Part shown: positions 1 to 12,509 of the stretch, piece by piece
How the letters are laid out: each line of letters begins with the position of its first letter
Numbering within the stretch: position 1 is the stretch's first letter
Assembly (NCBI GenBank): GCA_977862235.1
Contig: OZ374566.1
Coordinates: 806,001 to 870,000, forward strand
Direction: 5' to 3'
Source: Dudresnaya verticillata
Taxonomy: Eukaryota
Length of the DNA: 64,000 nucleotides
The notes under the pieces: generated by a model
The model's database searches: none
What the model was told of the DNA's origin: nothing
The model's input: only the letters and a program-made list of their open reading frames with translations
Position numbers and translations under genes: made by a program

Positions 1-493
1 GCACTGTAACATGCACAACCGTGTTCTCACTCACGACCGTGAATCGTAATAAATCGCATGTAGATACTGTGCAACCGTAGAACAGCTTATCACTTTCTTC
101 CACCTTAGGCCACGTGTGTCACAAATATCTTGCTACACCGAAAACCTCGTACCCACTGCAGCGATTGGTGATCTTCAACGCCACACCATGTCTATCGGCA
201 GCGCTTCAAAGGCTAGTTGACAGTGAAACAACCTTGCCACAGCTGCAGTAAAACAGGGTGGCTTCGAGAGGGCAAACGGACGACGCAGAAGAAAGTTTGC
301 AAATGTCTGTGTTGAATGTCAATTTGAGCTCTCCAATATGATCGCTGCATTGCAGGCACCCATCCGCTTGCTGATCCCATTCATTCCGAAACTTGTGAGC
401 ATCATGCTGCCATGAATGATAGTAGACTTAATGTGCACCTTCCTGCTTAGAACGAACACGTGATGACTGCTTCAAGAGAGTGCGGACGGATAC

Positions 494-919
494 GAACCAC
501 GGCTGGATAATGGGAAGTCTTAGTGCGCTATCTCTTGATTCATCACTGTCAACAGAACTGAGTGAAGACTTCATGCAATCCCTACCGGCTGCAACAGGAT
601 GTCTGTCTTTTCTTTTAGCACTGCTCCCCCTCAACCGCTAAATGTCGCAAGGGGCAGAGGCAGCCCCTCAATTTACTAGCTTGTCGGCTTGTGAAGGGGC
701 TCCTCATGTAAGAGAACACGTTTTTCCGCAAGTGAGCATGGTCTCCTACAATTTCTGCCAGTTTCAGCGAATATTTAGCGAGCGAGGGGAGCAGTGCTAA
801 GAAGGCGACGTCTACATTTGGTAGGGATTACATGAAGTCTTCACACGGCTGTGTTACCAGTGATGAATCAAGAGATGCCCCCCTGCTTTGCGTAAGGCGT
901 TGTATAGGCCGTGAGTTCA
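494..919. repeat. Long imperfect inverted repeat (fold-back); MITE relic or pre-miRNA/hpRNA-like
   Basis: 530-548 pairs perfectly with 858-876 (19 nt). 562-586 pairs with 820-844 (25 nt, 1 mismatch). 615-629 pairs with 786-800 (15 nt). Weaker outer pairing links gaaccacggc (494-503) with gccgtgagttc (909-919). Confidence 0.8.
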
Positions 920-1773
920 ACTTGAGTTACGGAGTTGCACACTTACTGTCACTGAAGGAATTTGTCTTTGGTGACATTCTTCCAGTCCCATTACGGACAG
1001 AAGTGATACCCATTTCTTAAGAGCATTCACAGCTTTGGTCAGCGTCGCGAGAACATAGGCTTCTAAAATCACCAAATCAGACATCAATATCTACGACACA
1101 GCGTCACGAGTTTTTTTTTCTGCTATGCACGTGACTTGACGTTCGACTTGTCATTCGCTCACTTCTGAGGCAATTCGGAGTATGGCAACTTTTAAATGCA
1201 TGAGCCATAAGATAAAACACTGCCACTGCGTCGGTAACGGCCAAGCTACGCTTGTGGATGCTACAGTTATCAGTATGTACCATTAGCAGCGTACTAGTCT
1301 GCAGCCGCGTTCTGCTTTAATTCCTCTGCGTTGAAACTGGAAAGAGTTCGTGGCCGAAGCTCGGTCTCCAGTGCTGCGTCGACACCCTCGACATCCTTCA
1401 ACTGCAACGAGGGCGATCAAGGTTCTATCCCTTGCTCGAAGGGCCACAGGACCAGTCAGTGTTGTTGAAAAGCACAAACTCTACATAGAAAAATCTTTTT
1501 CTGTCCCGAACGGGCCTCTTGGCTGTGATTCTTTCCCCGAGGGACAATGCCTCATACAATGCCTCATGAGGCTTCACAGACATACTTCCTGTGCACCGCT
1601 CACTTGAAAACTCCGAACCTCAAAAAAAAAGAAAGACGTCGAGGTCACTCTCGCTTGCGCCGAGCTGTGGACAAGAGCGCTCTCTACATCCTCATCCCGG
1701 CCGCGGGACCTTTTCTAACGGTAGTGGAAGCCTTCGCGCGCAAAGCAGAAGCTGCATCTCAATCAGTTCTACA

Positions 1774-2268
1774 ATGCTGTCCTTCTCGAGCCCCGCAACC
1801 ATACTTCGGAGACGACAGCGCTTGCAGTCCGTAGACTGTAGCCCATCCAGTCGAAAAATCCACACAACGCAGCGAACAATCCAGCCAACACCTTGTGCAT
1901 CCATTCAACAAAACGAACCTATTCTAGAAGGAGATCTAATAGCCTATCGTGCAACCAGCTCTGCGGAATGGACCGCTGCAGCTGTTGTTGAGCCCCCAGA
2001 AAGTGACGCCTACTTCGTAAGACCTGTACAAGCTCGTGAACTTGCGCCGCCAGGTGCGCCTCTCGAGTTGTTTGTCGACTGGAGCGATGAGGTGGAAACA
2101 TGCACTATTGCCACCAACCCGGAAAACGTCCGTCTCCTAGACGCGGACTTCGAACAGCGCGTGATACAGGACCGGGTCGAAAATCCGCACGGAGAGCATG
2201 CTGAGCCATGTTGGCGCGTCCCTCGCGACGCGCTTGTCGATATCGCTCCCATTCCCGGCACGGAGTGA
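1774..2268 (+). CDS. Hypothetical protein, probably plastid-targeted (164 aa)
   Basis: The ATG at 1774 (acaATG) within ORF 1591-2268 gives an S/R-rich MLSFSS... N-terminus. A globular-looking acidic domain follows, ending QDRVENPHGEHAEPCW. Confidence 0.65.
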   Translation: MLSFSSPATILRRRQRLQSVDCSPSSRKIHTTQRTIQPTPCASIQQNEPILEGDLIAYRATSSAEWTAAAVVEPPESDAYFVRPVQARELAPPGAPLELFVDWSDEVETCTIATNPENVRLLDADFEQRVIQDRVENPHGEHAEPCWRVPRDALVDIAPIPGTE

Positions 2269-2272
2269 TATG

Positions 2273-3292
2273 TCATATGCCTGTCCCAGCGCCTTGACCG
2301 CGCTCCCGCCTCCTCGCGGTACGAGCTTCTCGCAGAGCATACCACTGCGCCAGGTCGTGATGGTCGTCACGAGGGAATTCATCGTATACGCGTTTGCGGA
2401 AGCCATGCAGCTGCAGGAGACGGAAAGGCTTCCCACCATACTCCTCAGCGTTATAGTTGACGAGGTCTCCGCCATTGGTATCCATAATGGCGTAATGCTC
2501 TGTGAGGAAGAGTCTGTTGCAGGCGCCAGGCACAGTGCCACCAAGCGAGAAGTGCATGAACATGGTACCTTGGCGCATATTCGGGAAGCGAGGCTGCGTC
2601 ATGGGGAGAGTAAGGCGCACGCTGAGCGTCTGCTCATCGAGTTCATACGTCCCGATGCTCGGATGGGCTTTATCGCGCTCATGCGGGGATGGGGTCCACG
2701 AGCGACGCACACGGCGGTACGCCACGTCTGGCGGCTCGGGAGTGGTGAGCGCAACGACAGTTCCATCCGAGTAGAATCGCAGGAAACGGTGATACGTCAC
2801 CAGGAAGACGGGGGCCAGCGGCTCGGTGGTGGCAGCGCGCGACGCGGTCTTCGCAAACTGGTGCCGTGTGATGTAAATGGCGTTCGTGCGCAGCCGCGGA
2901 CGGAGCGTGGCTAGCTTCCGCCACGTCTTGTACGCGTACAGCTGGTGCTCCAGCTCGGCCGGGGCGTCTTTCGGCCACGTGCGCTGCGCGATGCGCCGCC
3001 AGTGGTGCGGCTCGTACGCGTGGGCGAGCCATTTCGTGCAGACCTGCGCGGCAGTGGAGAGGTTCTCCGGCTCTAGGCGCGAGAAGATGGAGTGCAGGAC
3101 CTCGGAGGGGAGCTGCTGCAAGGGTGGTGTTGGGGTCGGTTCTGGTGGGGACTGGTCGTCTTCGGTTTCGTCGGGCTTGGGGTGCTCTTGGATGGGCTGC
3201 TTCAGCTGTTCCTCCTGCAGGATGCGAAGCGTGACAAAGTCTGTGCGGTACAGGTCCAGCCACGGCTTTGGTGGGAGGTAGTCTGCAATCAT
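2273..3292 (-). CDS. FBXO9: F-box protein, FBXO9-like
   Basis: F-box LPSEVLHSIFSRL...VCTKW, plus FBXO9-type motifs RPRLRTNAIYI and LVTYHRFLRFYSDG. Confidence 0.8.
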   Translation of the reverse strand: MIADYLPPKPWLDLYRTDFVTLRILQEEQLKQPIQEHPKPDETEDDQSPPEPTPTPPLQQLPSEVLHSIFSRLEPENLSTAAQVCTKWLAHAYEPHHWRRIAQRTWPKDAPAELEHQLYAYKTWRKLATLRPRLRTNAIYITRHQFAKTASRAATTEPLAPVFLVTYHRFLRFYSDGTVVALTTPEPPDVAYRRVRRSWTPSPHERDKAHPSIGTYELDEQTLSVRLTLPMTQPRFPNMRQGTMFMHFSLGGTVPGACNRLFLTEHYAIMDTNGGDLVNYNAEEYGGKPFRLLQLHGFRKRVYDEFPRDDHHDLAQWYALREARTARRRERGQGAGTGI

Positions 3293-4090
3293 TAGGGCTG
3301 GTAGTTGCCGCGGAGGCGCTTAGAATGACAACAGGAGCGGCATTACGGTTGATTGCGTATTTGTGCGGTACATGCGGCTTGGATGAGGTTGGGTGGAGCC
3401 GCGTATGGTCGCGGTCGGTCAAATGTGAAATAGACCGCGGTGTGTGGTGTTGGCGAGACAAAGACGAGGACTAGACTGCACGTTGAGTGTGGAAGAAAGT
3501 AAAACAAGTGATGAACGTGGTGAGGAAGGTAGAGGTGGCCCAACTGAAAAGAGTAGGGCGCTGGCAACCGTGGCACCAAAGGGCAAGCGCAGTTTGCGCT
3601 GACCGCGAGAGTTCGAGGCGCAGCTGGCGGCGCAACGATGAACGCCCTCTGCGCGGCACGGCATGTCGCCGGTGCCCGAAGGACATGTGTCGCCCAAACA
3701 GCGCTTCTGTGAGAAGGACACGCGGACACGTGTTCAAGGCTGTGCCCAATCGCATTGCAGACGGGCTTTGGCAAAACGTTTCCAGCTTTAGGGAACTTTG
3801 GGAGAAAGTTTTCGTCGCCTCTCATCTGCCCGCGCCCTCCTTTCGGACAAAGGCTGGAGCCGTGCGTCAGCTCGTTTGCTCAAAACTTTTTCGTGGCATA
3901 TCGCATCGAATCGAGCTGTACAGTTCTGCCCCGCTTTTCACGTCGATCGAACACCCTCGGCATCCAACTTGTCCTCTTCCAGCACCCTTCCACGGCGAGC
4001 CCGTCCGCGTCTCCACCCAACTCCGTCCCCTGCCGCTGCCTGCCATCATCGCACCGCCTTCGGCATCGCATCCACCGAAATCCAGCATCA

Positions 4091-5462
4091 ATGCTGCGGC
4101 ACGCAGCCTCCGCGCTGGCGCGACGCGTATCCCGCGCGCCGCCCGCCCTGCGCGCCCCGCTTTGCACTCAGGTCAGCTCCCGACTCCTCTCCACCAGCCT
4201 CTGGGCTCGTCTTTTCGCGCCGATGGCGCCTGCCCGCGCCGATCCCCCACCACCACAAGTGCGTGCGCCGCATCCTCGCGACGCGGCACGCTCGTGCTTC
4301 TCTGGGCACCCTATCTGACACGCCCGCTTGTCCTACTTTTGTCTATACTCCTCGCCTCCCTACCACCACGCAGGCTGCGCAAGCCCCCGAGTCGGTCGTC
4401 TTCCCGCTCAACCCCTTCCCTACGCACAAGATCGATCCGCCCACCCCCGAGGCTGAGTCGAACGCGGATGAGCTCATGGGCTACTTTCAGGTCATGTACC
4501 GCATGCGCCGCATGGAGATGGAATCCGATGCATTGTACACGCGTCGCCTTGTTCGCGGTTTCTGCCATTTGTACAACGGGCAGGAAGCCGTTGCTGTTGG
4601 CATGGAGGCTGCTGTTTCGTACGACGACTGCCTCATCACTGCATACCGAAACCATTGCCAGGCTCTTGCGCGTGGCGACACTGTCGAGTCCATTCTGTCC
4701 GAACTGACCGGGCGGTACAACGGGTGCTCGAAGGGCAAGGGCGGATCGATGCATTTGTACCTTCGTGCGAACAACTACTTTGGTGGAAACGGTATTGTCG
4801 GTGCTCAGGGACCGCTGGGAGCTGGCTTGGCCTTTGCGCAAAAGTATAATAACACTGGCAAGGTCGCCATTACCATGTTTGGAGACGGTGCCGCCAATCA
4901 GGGGCAGATCTTCGAGGTCATCAACATGTCTGCTCTGTGGAATCTTCCAACGATCTTTGTGTGCGAGAACAATCGATACGGTATGGGAACCTCAACGCAG
5001 AGGGCTGCAAGGTCACAGGAATTCTATACGCGTGGTGATTACATCCCTGGAATTCAGATTGACGGCATGGATGTCCTCTCTGTCCGAGAGGGTATGAAGT
5101 TTGCTGCGCAGTACGCCCGCGAAAATGGCCCGATCTATGTTGAAATGGACACGTACCGATACAAGGGACACAGTATCTCCGACCAAGGTCTTGGGTATCG
5201 GTCTGTCGATGAGATCAATGTAGTCAAGGCGAGCAGGGATCCGATCGACCGGGTGAAACTTCGGCTGATCGAGAATGGTTGGGCAACGGCCAAAGAACTG
5301 AAGGCAGAGGAGAAGAAGATCCGCAAGGAAGTTGACGCTGCCGTCAAGGTTGCAGAAACGGCTCCACTCCCCCCGCATGAAGAGCTGTTTGCGGACGTAT
5401 ATACAGGTGAACCAATGTTTCTCCGAGGGACTCTTGCGTCAAACGGAAACATGTCCGAGTAG
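4091..5462 (+). CDS. PDHA1: Mitochondrial pyruvate dehydrogenase E1 alpha; exons 4091-4171, 4374-5462
   Basis: Mitochondrial presequence MLRHAASALARRVSR. Intron 4172-4373 (GTCAGC...CTGAC...CAG) restores the frame. Motifs RGFCHLY, GKGGSMH, TPP-binding GDGAANQG...ENN, YRYKGHSISD. Confidence 0.95.
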
Positions 5463-6158
5463 TCCATGCTGGTTGCCGCAGAATTTTGAGTATGCACGGC
5501 GAATATTAAAAAGCTTGTGTACCTTTCGAAGAGCTTGAGGCTGCAGTGTTGATTTCTTTGATGTGGTACAGTAGTAGTCCACTTTGAAAGATTTATTCTG
5601 ATGAACACGACTTGATAAGCGTCTCTCTTTTTTTTTGTTTTTCTTTTCTTCGACGACAGGTTTGCGATGTTGACAGCGAGCTTTACCTACAGGCGCTGTC
5701 TATTTACAGATGTTGGAGTACACCATACTCGGAAAGATTTTGAGCATGGACCGGGTCGTGAGTCCCTTATTCTCAGTGAACCGGACTTCGGAAAGTGTAC
5801 TGTCCAAAGCTTGGAGCATCTGTGTCTTGAGTTTCTATAACATTTTCCCCTTGCACGATGGTGGAGATGATTGATTGATTGTGCGACAGACTGGAACGAT
5901 TCGGAAATGTTTTGCAGTTGTCACCATTTAATCACATCGTGTCTTGAAACTGGAGATAACCAGCAGTTGGTTGGACTGCCAAAAAAAATGTACAGGTTTG
6001 ATGGGTTAGTTGCGGGTATGTTTGTATGTGCTTGTTCTGGGCGGCTTTTGTTCTTAGCTAAAAAAAAACAAGCAATCGGCTTGCTGAGCTTGTTAGTAGT
6101 TGGGGGAAAAAAAGGAAAATGGTGTTTGTGTTTGCTGCTGGGGTGTGCATGGCTGCCA

Positions 6159-7469
6159 TCAGGCCTGGGCCTCCTCGAAAAGTCTCCAGAGAATGGTGTG
6201 GCACTCTGCGATCTCGCCCTCCCACACGTCGGTAATGGAGAGGACGTCGGCCTTGCGCAGGATGCGGTCACTGGAGACATCCACGGCTACGCACAGCGCA
6301 GTAGCAGCGATGATGTTGGGGGCGAAGCGCTCGCGCACGGCGGCGTCGTAGAGCGACAGGTCCAGAATGCAGGTGGCGACACGGCGCAGCTCGTCGACCG
6401 GGTCGACCGTGGCATGCGACACGTGGGTGTCGTACGGCGGCTGGGCCATGTCCTCGTCGCAGTGCAGCGCGTGACGCGACTCGGAGCAGCGGCACGGGCG
6501 TGAGCAGATGCAGCAATCCATGCCGGTGGTGCTCTCGCCGTCCGAGTGACTCAGGTGATCATCCTCGTCGTCCTCGAAATCGTCATCATCTTCAATGTAG
6601 GCAATGTCGTCGTCATCGTCATCCTCATCGAGCATGAATCCATCGATGGGAGCGCGAGCGGGCTGCACGCGTGTATTTCCCTGCGGGGCAGCGGCAGTGG
6701 CGGGATTGTTGTTGTTGTAAGTATTATTATAGACACGACGGTGGTAGTGATCCACCATGTGGAAATCGGCATCATGATCCTGCTCGGCGGCATGCTCCTC
6801 TTCAGCGTCGTCCAGCGCGCGAGTGACAATGTTAAGATAGTGGGTAAGAAAATGGACCGGTGTCTTTGCGACCAGATCCCAGCCCAGAGTATCCAGCACG
6901 ACAAACTCCATCTGACGCAGCGTGTCCTCCTGATACGCGCCCTCACACAGCCACAACAGCTCCTTAATGCCCGGAATGGTCGTGCCAAGCTCCTCACACT
7001 TTGCAGCGATAAACAGGGCCATAACCGCGCAGCACTGCCACGAGTTCTGATGCAGCTGGCGCGCCGCCATAAACCAGTCCAGATGCCTGACGGTGAGGTG
7101 CAGCGTGGCCGCGGACAGGCGGTACGTCGAGCACACGTCGACGAGCCAGCCCACGATGATCGGGCGCTTGTCCGCGTACGCGGGGTTTCCCGCGGCGCGC
7201 GCGGCGCGGCGCAGCACGATGTCCGCGGCGCGGTGGCGACCGGCCTGGCGACGCAGCGCGGCCAGCACGGCGCGCTCGGACGACGTCGCGCGCACCGCGC
7301 GCGACGGCGGCGGCGACGACGCGGCCGACGCGTACGGCGTCAGCGGCGACGTGTGCAGCATGGGCGCGTGCGACGCGGACGACGGCGATGGGAGCGAGAG
7401 CGGCGGGAAGCTCGGCTTGGACGGCGGCGGCGTGCAGAGCACGTGCGACGGGAGGAGGCGGTGCGACAT
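6159..7469 (-). CDS. Cyclin (G1/D/J-like cyclin box) with a long acidic insertion
   Basis: Cyclin_N box RPIIVGWLVDV...LDWFM...IAAKCEE...MEFVVLDTLGWDL...TPVHFL. Cyclin_C-like segment RFAPNIIAATAL. Confidence 0.9.
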   Translation of the reverse strand: MSHRLLPSHVLCTPPPSKPSFPPLSLPSPSSASHAPMLHTSPLTPYASAASSPPPSRAVRATSSERAVLAALRRQAGRHRAADIVLRRAARAAGNPAYADKRPIIVGWLVDVCSTYRLSAATLHLTVRHLDWFMAARQLHQNSWQCCAVMALFIAAKCEELGTTIPGIKELLWLCEGAYQEDTLRQMEFVVLDTLGWDLVAKTPVHFLTHYLNIVTRALDDAEEEHAAEQDHDADFHMVDHYHRRVYNNTYNNNNPATAAAPQGNTRVQPARAPIDGFMLDEDDDDDDIAYIEDDDDFEDDEDDHLSHSDGESTTGMDCCICSRPCRCSESRHALHCDEDMAQPPYDTHVSHATVDPVDELRRVATCILDLSLYDAAVRERFAPNIIAATALCVAVDVSSDRILRKADVLSITDVWEGEIAECHTILWRLFEEAQA

Positions 7470-7472
7470 TGT

Positions 7473-7509
<37 letters not shown>

Positions 7510-10500
7510 GCGGCGGGGTTTAGTTAGGGGTTAGTTGGGGGGAGGGGGGGAGGGGGGGAGGGATGGTGGAGGGAGGGGAAGAGGGGAAGAGGGGAAGAGG
7601 GGAGGGGCGGAGGAAGGGGGGAAGGGAGGGGAGGAGGAGGGTGGTGGGTGGGGCGTGGATCTGCAGGAGCGTTGGGTGGCGGGGCGTGTGTGTGCGTGTG
7701 TTAGTAGGGAGGGAGGGAGGGAGGGAGCGAGCGAGCGAGCGAGCGAGAGCGAGGGAAGGGGTTTCGGTTGGGCGGACAGGCAGGGCGCGGGCGGCGAGGG
7801 CGGCGGGCAGGCGGGGGTGGGGCGCGGGGAGCCTGCGCGAGCAGCGGCGGCGCGGTGTTATGGGGCGCGGCGCGGCGAAAAAGGGCGGGGAGGGCGCGGT
7901 TGCGTTTCCGCGCGCGTATGACATGTGCGCGCGCGCGCGCGCGCCTGCCTGCCTGTCCGCTCGATGGCGGCGGCGGCGGTGGGTGGGTGGGTGGGCGGGT
8001 GGGTCGCCCGGTCGGTCGGTCGGGCGCGTCCTGCCGCGGTCTCGCGAGGCGGCGCCGACAGCGCGCAGGGCGCGGCGCGCGCGGGCCGTGCGCGGCGTTC
8101 GGTCGGCCGCGAGCGCACGTTTGAGCGTCGCCAGACGCCGGCGCCGCCGGCCGACGGGGACGCGGCGACGTCATGCGCCGCGCGCCACGTCGCGCCGCGG
8201 GACACGGCGCGCGTCACGCGTCACGCCGCTGCCACTGCAAGTGGAATTGGAAGTGGAAGCCGCGCGCCTCGACCCGATGGCCTCTCCCGCCGCGCCGCGC
8301 CGCGCGCGCGGCCGAGCGAGCCGCGCCGCGCCGCGCCGCGCCGCCTGTGCCGGCACGCGCGCTCGACGCCCCCCCCCCCCCCCCCCCCCCCACGCCGGTG
8401 CGCGCGCGGCTTACGTAGTGCGCCGAATAACCGCGCACGCTGCCTGCCGTCTCCGCAGGTCTCGCCTGGCGCGGCCGCGCGGGCGCATGCAGCCGTTCGT
8501 CGGCGCGCCTGCGCGCAGCGCTTGCTTGCTTGCGTGCTTGCTAGCGCGGCGCGTGGCCGATGCAGGCGCGCGCGCGCGCTGTCGAGCCGCCGCGCGGCGA
8601 CCGGCGCGCTTTAATGCCAGCGGGCTCGTACCGGCGCGCCGCGCGGCGTCCGTCGCCACGGCTGCCGCGCCCGGACGCGCGCGAGCAAGATGGATTGGGC
8701 TGCCGTCGCGTCGCGCGCTGTACGGTTGTCGGTACGGTAGCCACATCATGTTGTGCATCGCCGGCGTCCGCCGCCGCGGCGACAAGCGCAGCGCAGCAGC
8801 AGCTGTGCCCTTGTCGCTCTCGCTCTCGCTCCAGCAGATCGCGATCAAACGCAGCACAATGGCCACCGCAAGCAACAAGCGCCGCGCGCGCGCGTCGCGA
8901 CTTTCGCAAATAATGGCGACAAATATTCGCCATTGGCGCATCGCGCCGCCGGCGACACTTGTTCGCCGCGCCGCGCCGCGAAGAACAGACCGAAGCAAGC
9001 ACCGCCGCAGAGTTGGTGTGCGCGCGCGCGCGCCGCCGCTGCAATTGCCTCGACAACGCAAGCGCAACGGCCGAGCCTTCCTTCGCGCGCCGTTCCGCGC
9101 CTTACTGTACGCGCTGGCCGCCGCCGCCGCCGCCGGCGCGCGGGCGTCTGCTCCCTCGCGCCGTCGCCGGCGTCCGTGTTCCGCGCCGCCGCGCGCGCGT
9201 TGTTGGCACCGGCCGCGGCGCAAGCATGCAGGCATGCCGCGTCCGCGCGCGCGCGCGCTAGGCGCAAGCGCGCATGACGTTGGCGTCGTGCGCGCGGCCG
9301 CCGGCCGCCCGGCCTGTACAGTACGCATCGCATGTACGTCGCGTCGCGCTGCGCGGCACGCCGCCTGTGCACGCCGCACTACAGTAGCGCTGGCACTGGC
9401 GCGTTGGCGCTGCTTGGCACGCCGCGCGCCGGCTTGCGTGCGTGCGTGCCTGCCTTCGCGCCAGGCGCGCTGCTGCTGCGCCGCCGCCGCCGCCGCCGCC
9501 GCCGCCGTCGCGCACTGCTTTGTCAGCGCGAACGTCGCCATCGCATCCCTCCACTGCAACTACGCCGCGCCTTCGTACGTAGCGTGCGTGCGTGCGTGCG
9601 TGCGTACACAGTCCAACAACGGCAGCAGCGGTCTCGCGCAGTGTGTGTGTACATTGTGTGTGTGTGTTGGGAGAGAGAGAGAGAGAGAGAGAGGCGAAGC
9701 GAAGCGGTCGCGGAACGAAAAACTTGTGCCGTGTCGCTCGATGCATTGGTCGCCTCTCTGCGCCTCTCGGTCGCGCGCGGTGGAAACCCCGCGCACCTTG
9801 CGCTCCCTCCTTGTCTGTCCACCCATCCCCATGCATGCACGCCACGATAACGTCACATCTGCATGACGTCGTCGCAGTCGCCCGGCACGGCTGTTTGCCA
9901 TGTGCCGCGTTGCTCGCGGAAACTGCCGCAACAATTGTGAGCCAACAGCGGCAGGAGACGCAGCGAGAGAGAGAGAGAGCGAGAGAGCTTACTATGTCCG
10001 ACCCGCCGCGGCTTCCTGCCGTCCCGGCTCGAGCGGTGTCCCGCAGATTCACGTCCGCGGCGCGCGCGCATTGAGGAACGGCGAGGAACGAGGAAGAGTG
10101 TCCTCGGCGCGCGCGGCGAGCAGACGCGCTGATGATGGCGCGTTTTGCGCGCGCGCGATATGCATGGAGACTTGTGTCCGCCGCGCAAATTTGCCGCCGC
10201 GCTGTTGTGCGCGCGCGCGTTCCATGCGCGGGAGCACATGCGCGCGCGGAACGAACTGGTGGTGAATTTTACGACGTGCAGTGCTGGCCGCGCCCAGGAT
10301 GACAGCAGGCGGCGCGACTTGAGCGCGGCGGCTGTGTTTACACACATATCAATGTGGATGCAATGATCCTGTCCCGCGGCTTGCATGGTGCGAGTGTAGC
10401 CGGGAAGACACCCACCACGCACGCGCGCACGCGGCCACGCCTGGGCGTTCCGCCACGGCACGGCAGACAGGCACTGTCACAGGCTTGCAGCATGCGCGCG

Positions 10501-12478
10501 CACCTTCCACCGACGTGCAAACGCTCCCCATGCACCTCCGTCGCGCCGCTGGTGTCGCTGGGCACTGCTTTTGCCGGCTGTACCAAGGGTAGCACAACGC
10601 GTGCGTGGATGGACGCGCGCTGGACTTGGACACACACACACACACACACACACACCTCGTTGGGCCTGCTGCCTGCCTCTGTTGACAGCGTCGCGCGCGC
10701 ACTTGTGTTCAGTTACCCACCGCGGCCTGCACACACACACACAAGCCGCGCGTGCGCGCGCAACGTGGTGCTCTGCAAGAGCGCGTGCTGATGAGAAGTG
10801 AGGGGGACGGAGAGGGGGAGAGAGAGGGAGAGGGAGAGATGGCGAGCCGCGCGAGGCAGGGCCGCACGCACGCACGCACACCGGGTGTGCGGCAACGTGA
10901 CACGGCTTGCGAGGGTGTCAACAAGCGTCGTCGGACAGTCGGAGTATCGTTAGCGCGGCGCGGCAGAGGCGTGGGAACAGGGCGGGAACAGCGGCGTGTG
11001 TGTGTGTGTGTGCGAGAGTGGGTGGGTGTCAACACGCATCCTCGAGTGGCACCATTCACTGCGCGCGCGGTGGCACGCCCCGGCGCGCGCGCGGTGCTCC
11101 CGCGGTAGAAAAGCGCGCAGCGCAACTGGCGCGCGCGACGACGGGCAGGCAGTGCGACGGCGGCGCATGTCGCAGCACTGCTACCGTGGCGGCGGAGCCG
11201 CGGCGCGCTGGGCTGGCGGCAGGCTGTCGCAAGCTGCGCGTGCGCGCGCAGCGCGACATGCCGCGCACAGGTCTGCAGCGCAGTGTCAGCACGCACGCAT
11301 TGCGGCCGGCGCCAGCGCTACGTTGGTGCGGTGCGCGGCAGCGCAGTGGTGGCGCGGCGGTGGACAGGACCCCGCCCCGCGGCCGCGCGGCGACCGCGCG
11401 GACGGAGAGAGATGGGGTTGATTGTGGGCGTGTGTGCGCGCGGCAGCCGAGCTCTCGTCGGGAATGGCGCCCGGCTGCGAGGAAAGGGGCATGCGGGACG
11501 TACGGAAGAAGGCCGTCCGCGCTGCCGCCGGTCCGGCCCGGCCCGGTCCGGCCGGGTGGCTGTACGCGGCGCTTTGCGCGCGGACAGCCTCTCTCTGCGT
11601 GTGTGCGTTTGCTTGCGACAGCGCCGCGCGGCCACTGCGCGGCGTTGGAACGGCCGCGGCGGCGGCGCGCTTCTCTGCGTCTGTCGGGCAGTGCAAGTGA
11701 CCCGCAGCGCGGAGAGAGAGAGCGGTGAGCACGCGGACCGCGCTCGCGCACGGCACGGCACGGGCTGGCGCATGCGGGAATGTTATGCTGTGAATGGCGA
11801 TGCCATGGATGCGAACGCGCGGCCGGCGTCATACAGTAAGCGCAGGCGCGGCTGTCGCCGTACAGGCTGGCCAGGCCTGGCCTGGCGCGCTGCCTGCCGC
11901 TGTTAACGGTGTCGAATCGGATCACTTGAGCTGGCGCATGTCTGTCGTCATTGTTTTCACTGTCAACGTGATTTCCGCGGCTGCCTGCCCGCAGCCGTCG
12001 CTGCGCTCCTCGCGCTTCGGCTTCGCGCGCAACAACAGGAGGCGGACCGCGCAGTCCGACGCTGAGAAATCTCCGCGCTTGCAGCAGCCGATCTCCGCGG
12101 GCAGGCGCCCACGCACTCACTGCCTCACCCCAACGCAAAGGCTAACTGCGCCGCAACGTGGGCGAGGCGCAGCCGCCGCCGCTCGCCGCGGCCCCGCAGG
12201 CGCGCCAAGCCCCCCGTTGCGCGCCGCGCGCCTCCGCCACGCCCCACCCCGCCAACCATCGCCGCGCAGAAAGCGCGGGGCCGCGCATGGCTCGGCCTGC
12301 GGCGGCGACGCACGTCGCGTCGGCGCGCGCGCCGCGCCGCCGGGTGGCGCGCGCGCGTTATTCGCTGCAAATTGCAGCGCCGCGCCGCGCCGCGCCGCGC
12401 CGTGCACGCGCGCGCGCAAAGGCGTGACGTGACGTCATGTTGATAGGCGCGCGTTCCACCGCCGGACACGGCGCTCGC

Positions 12479-12509
<31 letters not shown>

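Noticed and set aside
3487..4707. 406-aa ORF and the extended 554-aa start of PDH E1 alpha
   Set aside because: Non-ATG starts running through the promoter and intron; the spliced model from ATG 4091 gives a proper presequence.
7519..7540. TTAGTTAGGGGTTAGTTGGGG telomere-like words
   Set aside because: Only one true TTAGGG within a G-rich tract; not an interstitial telomeric array.
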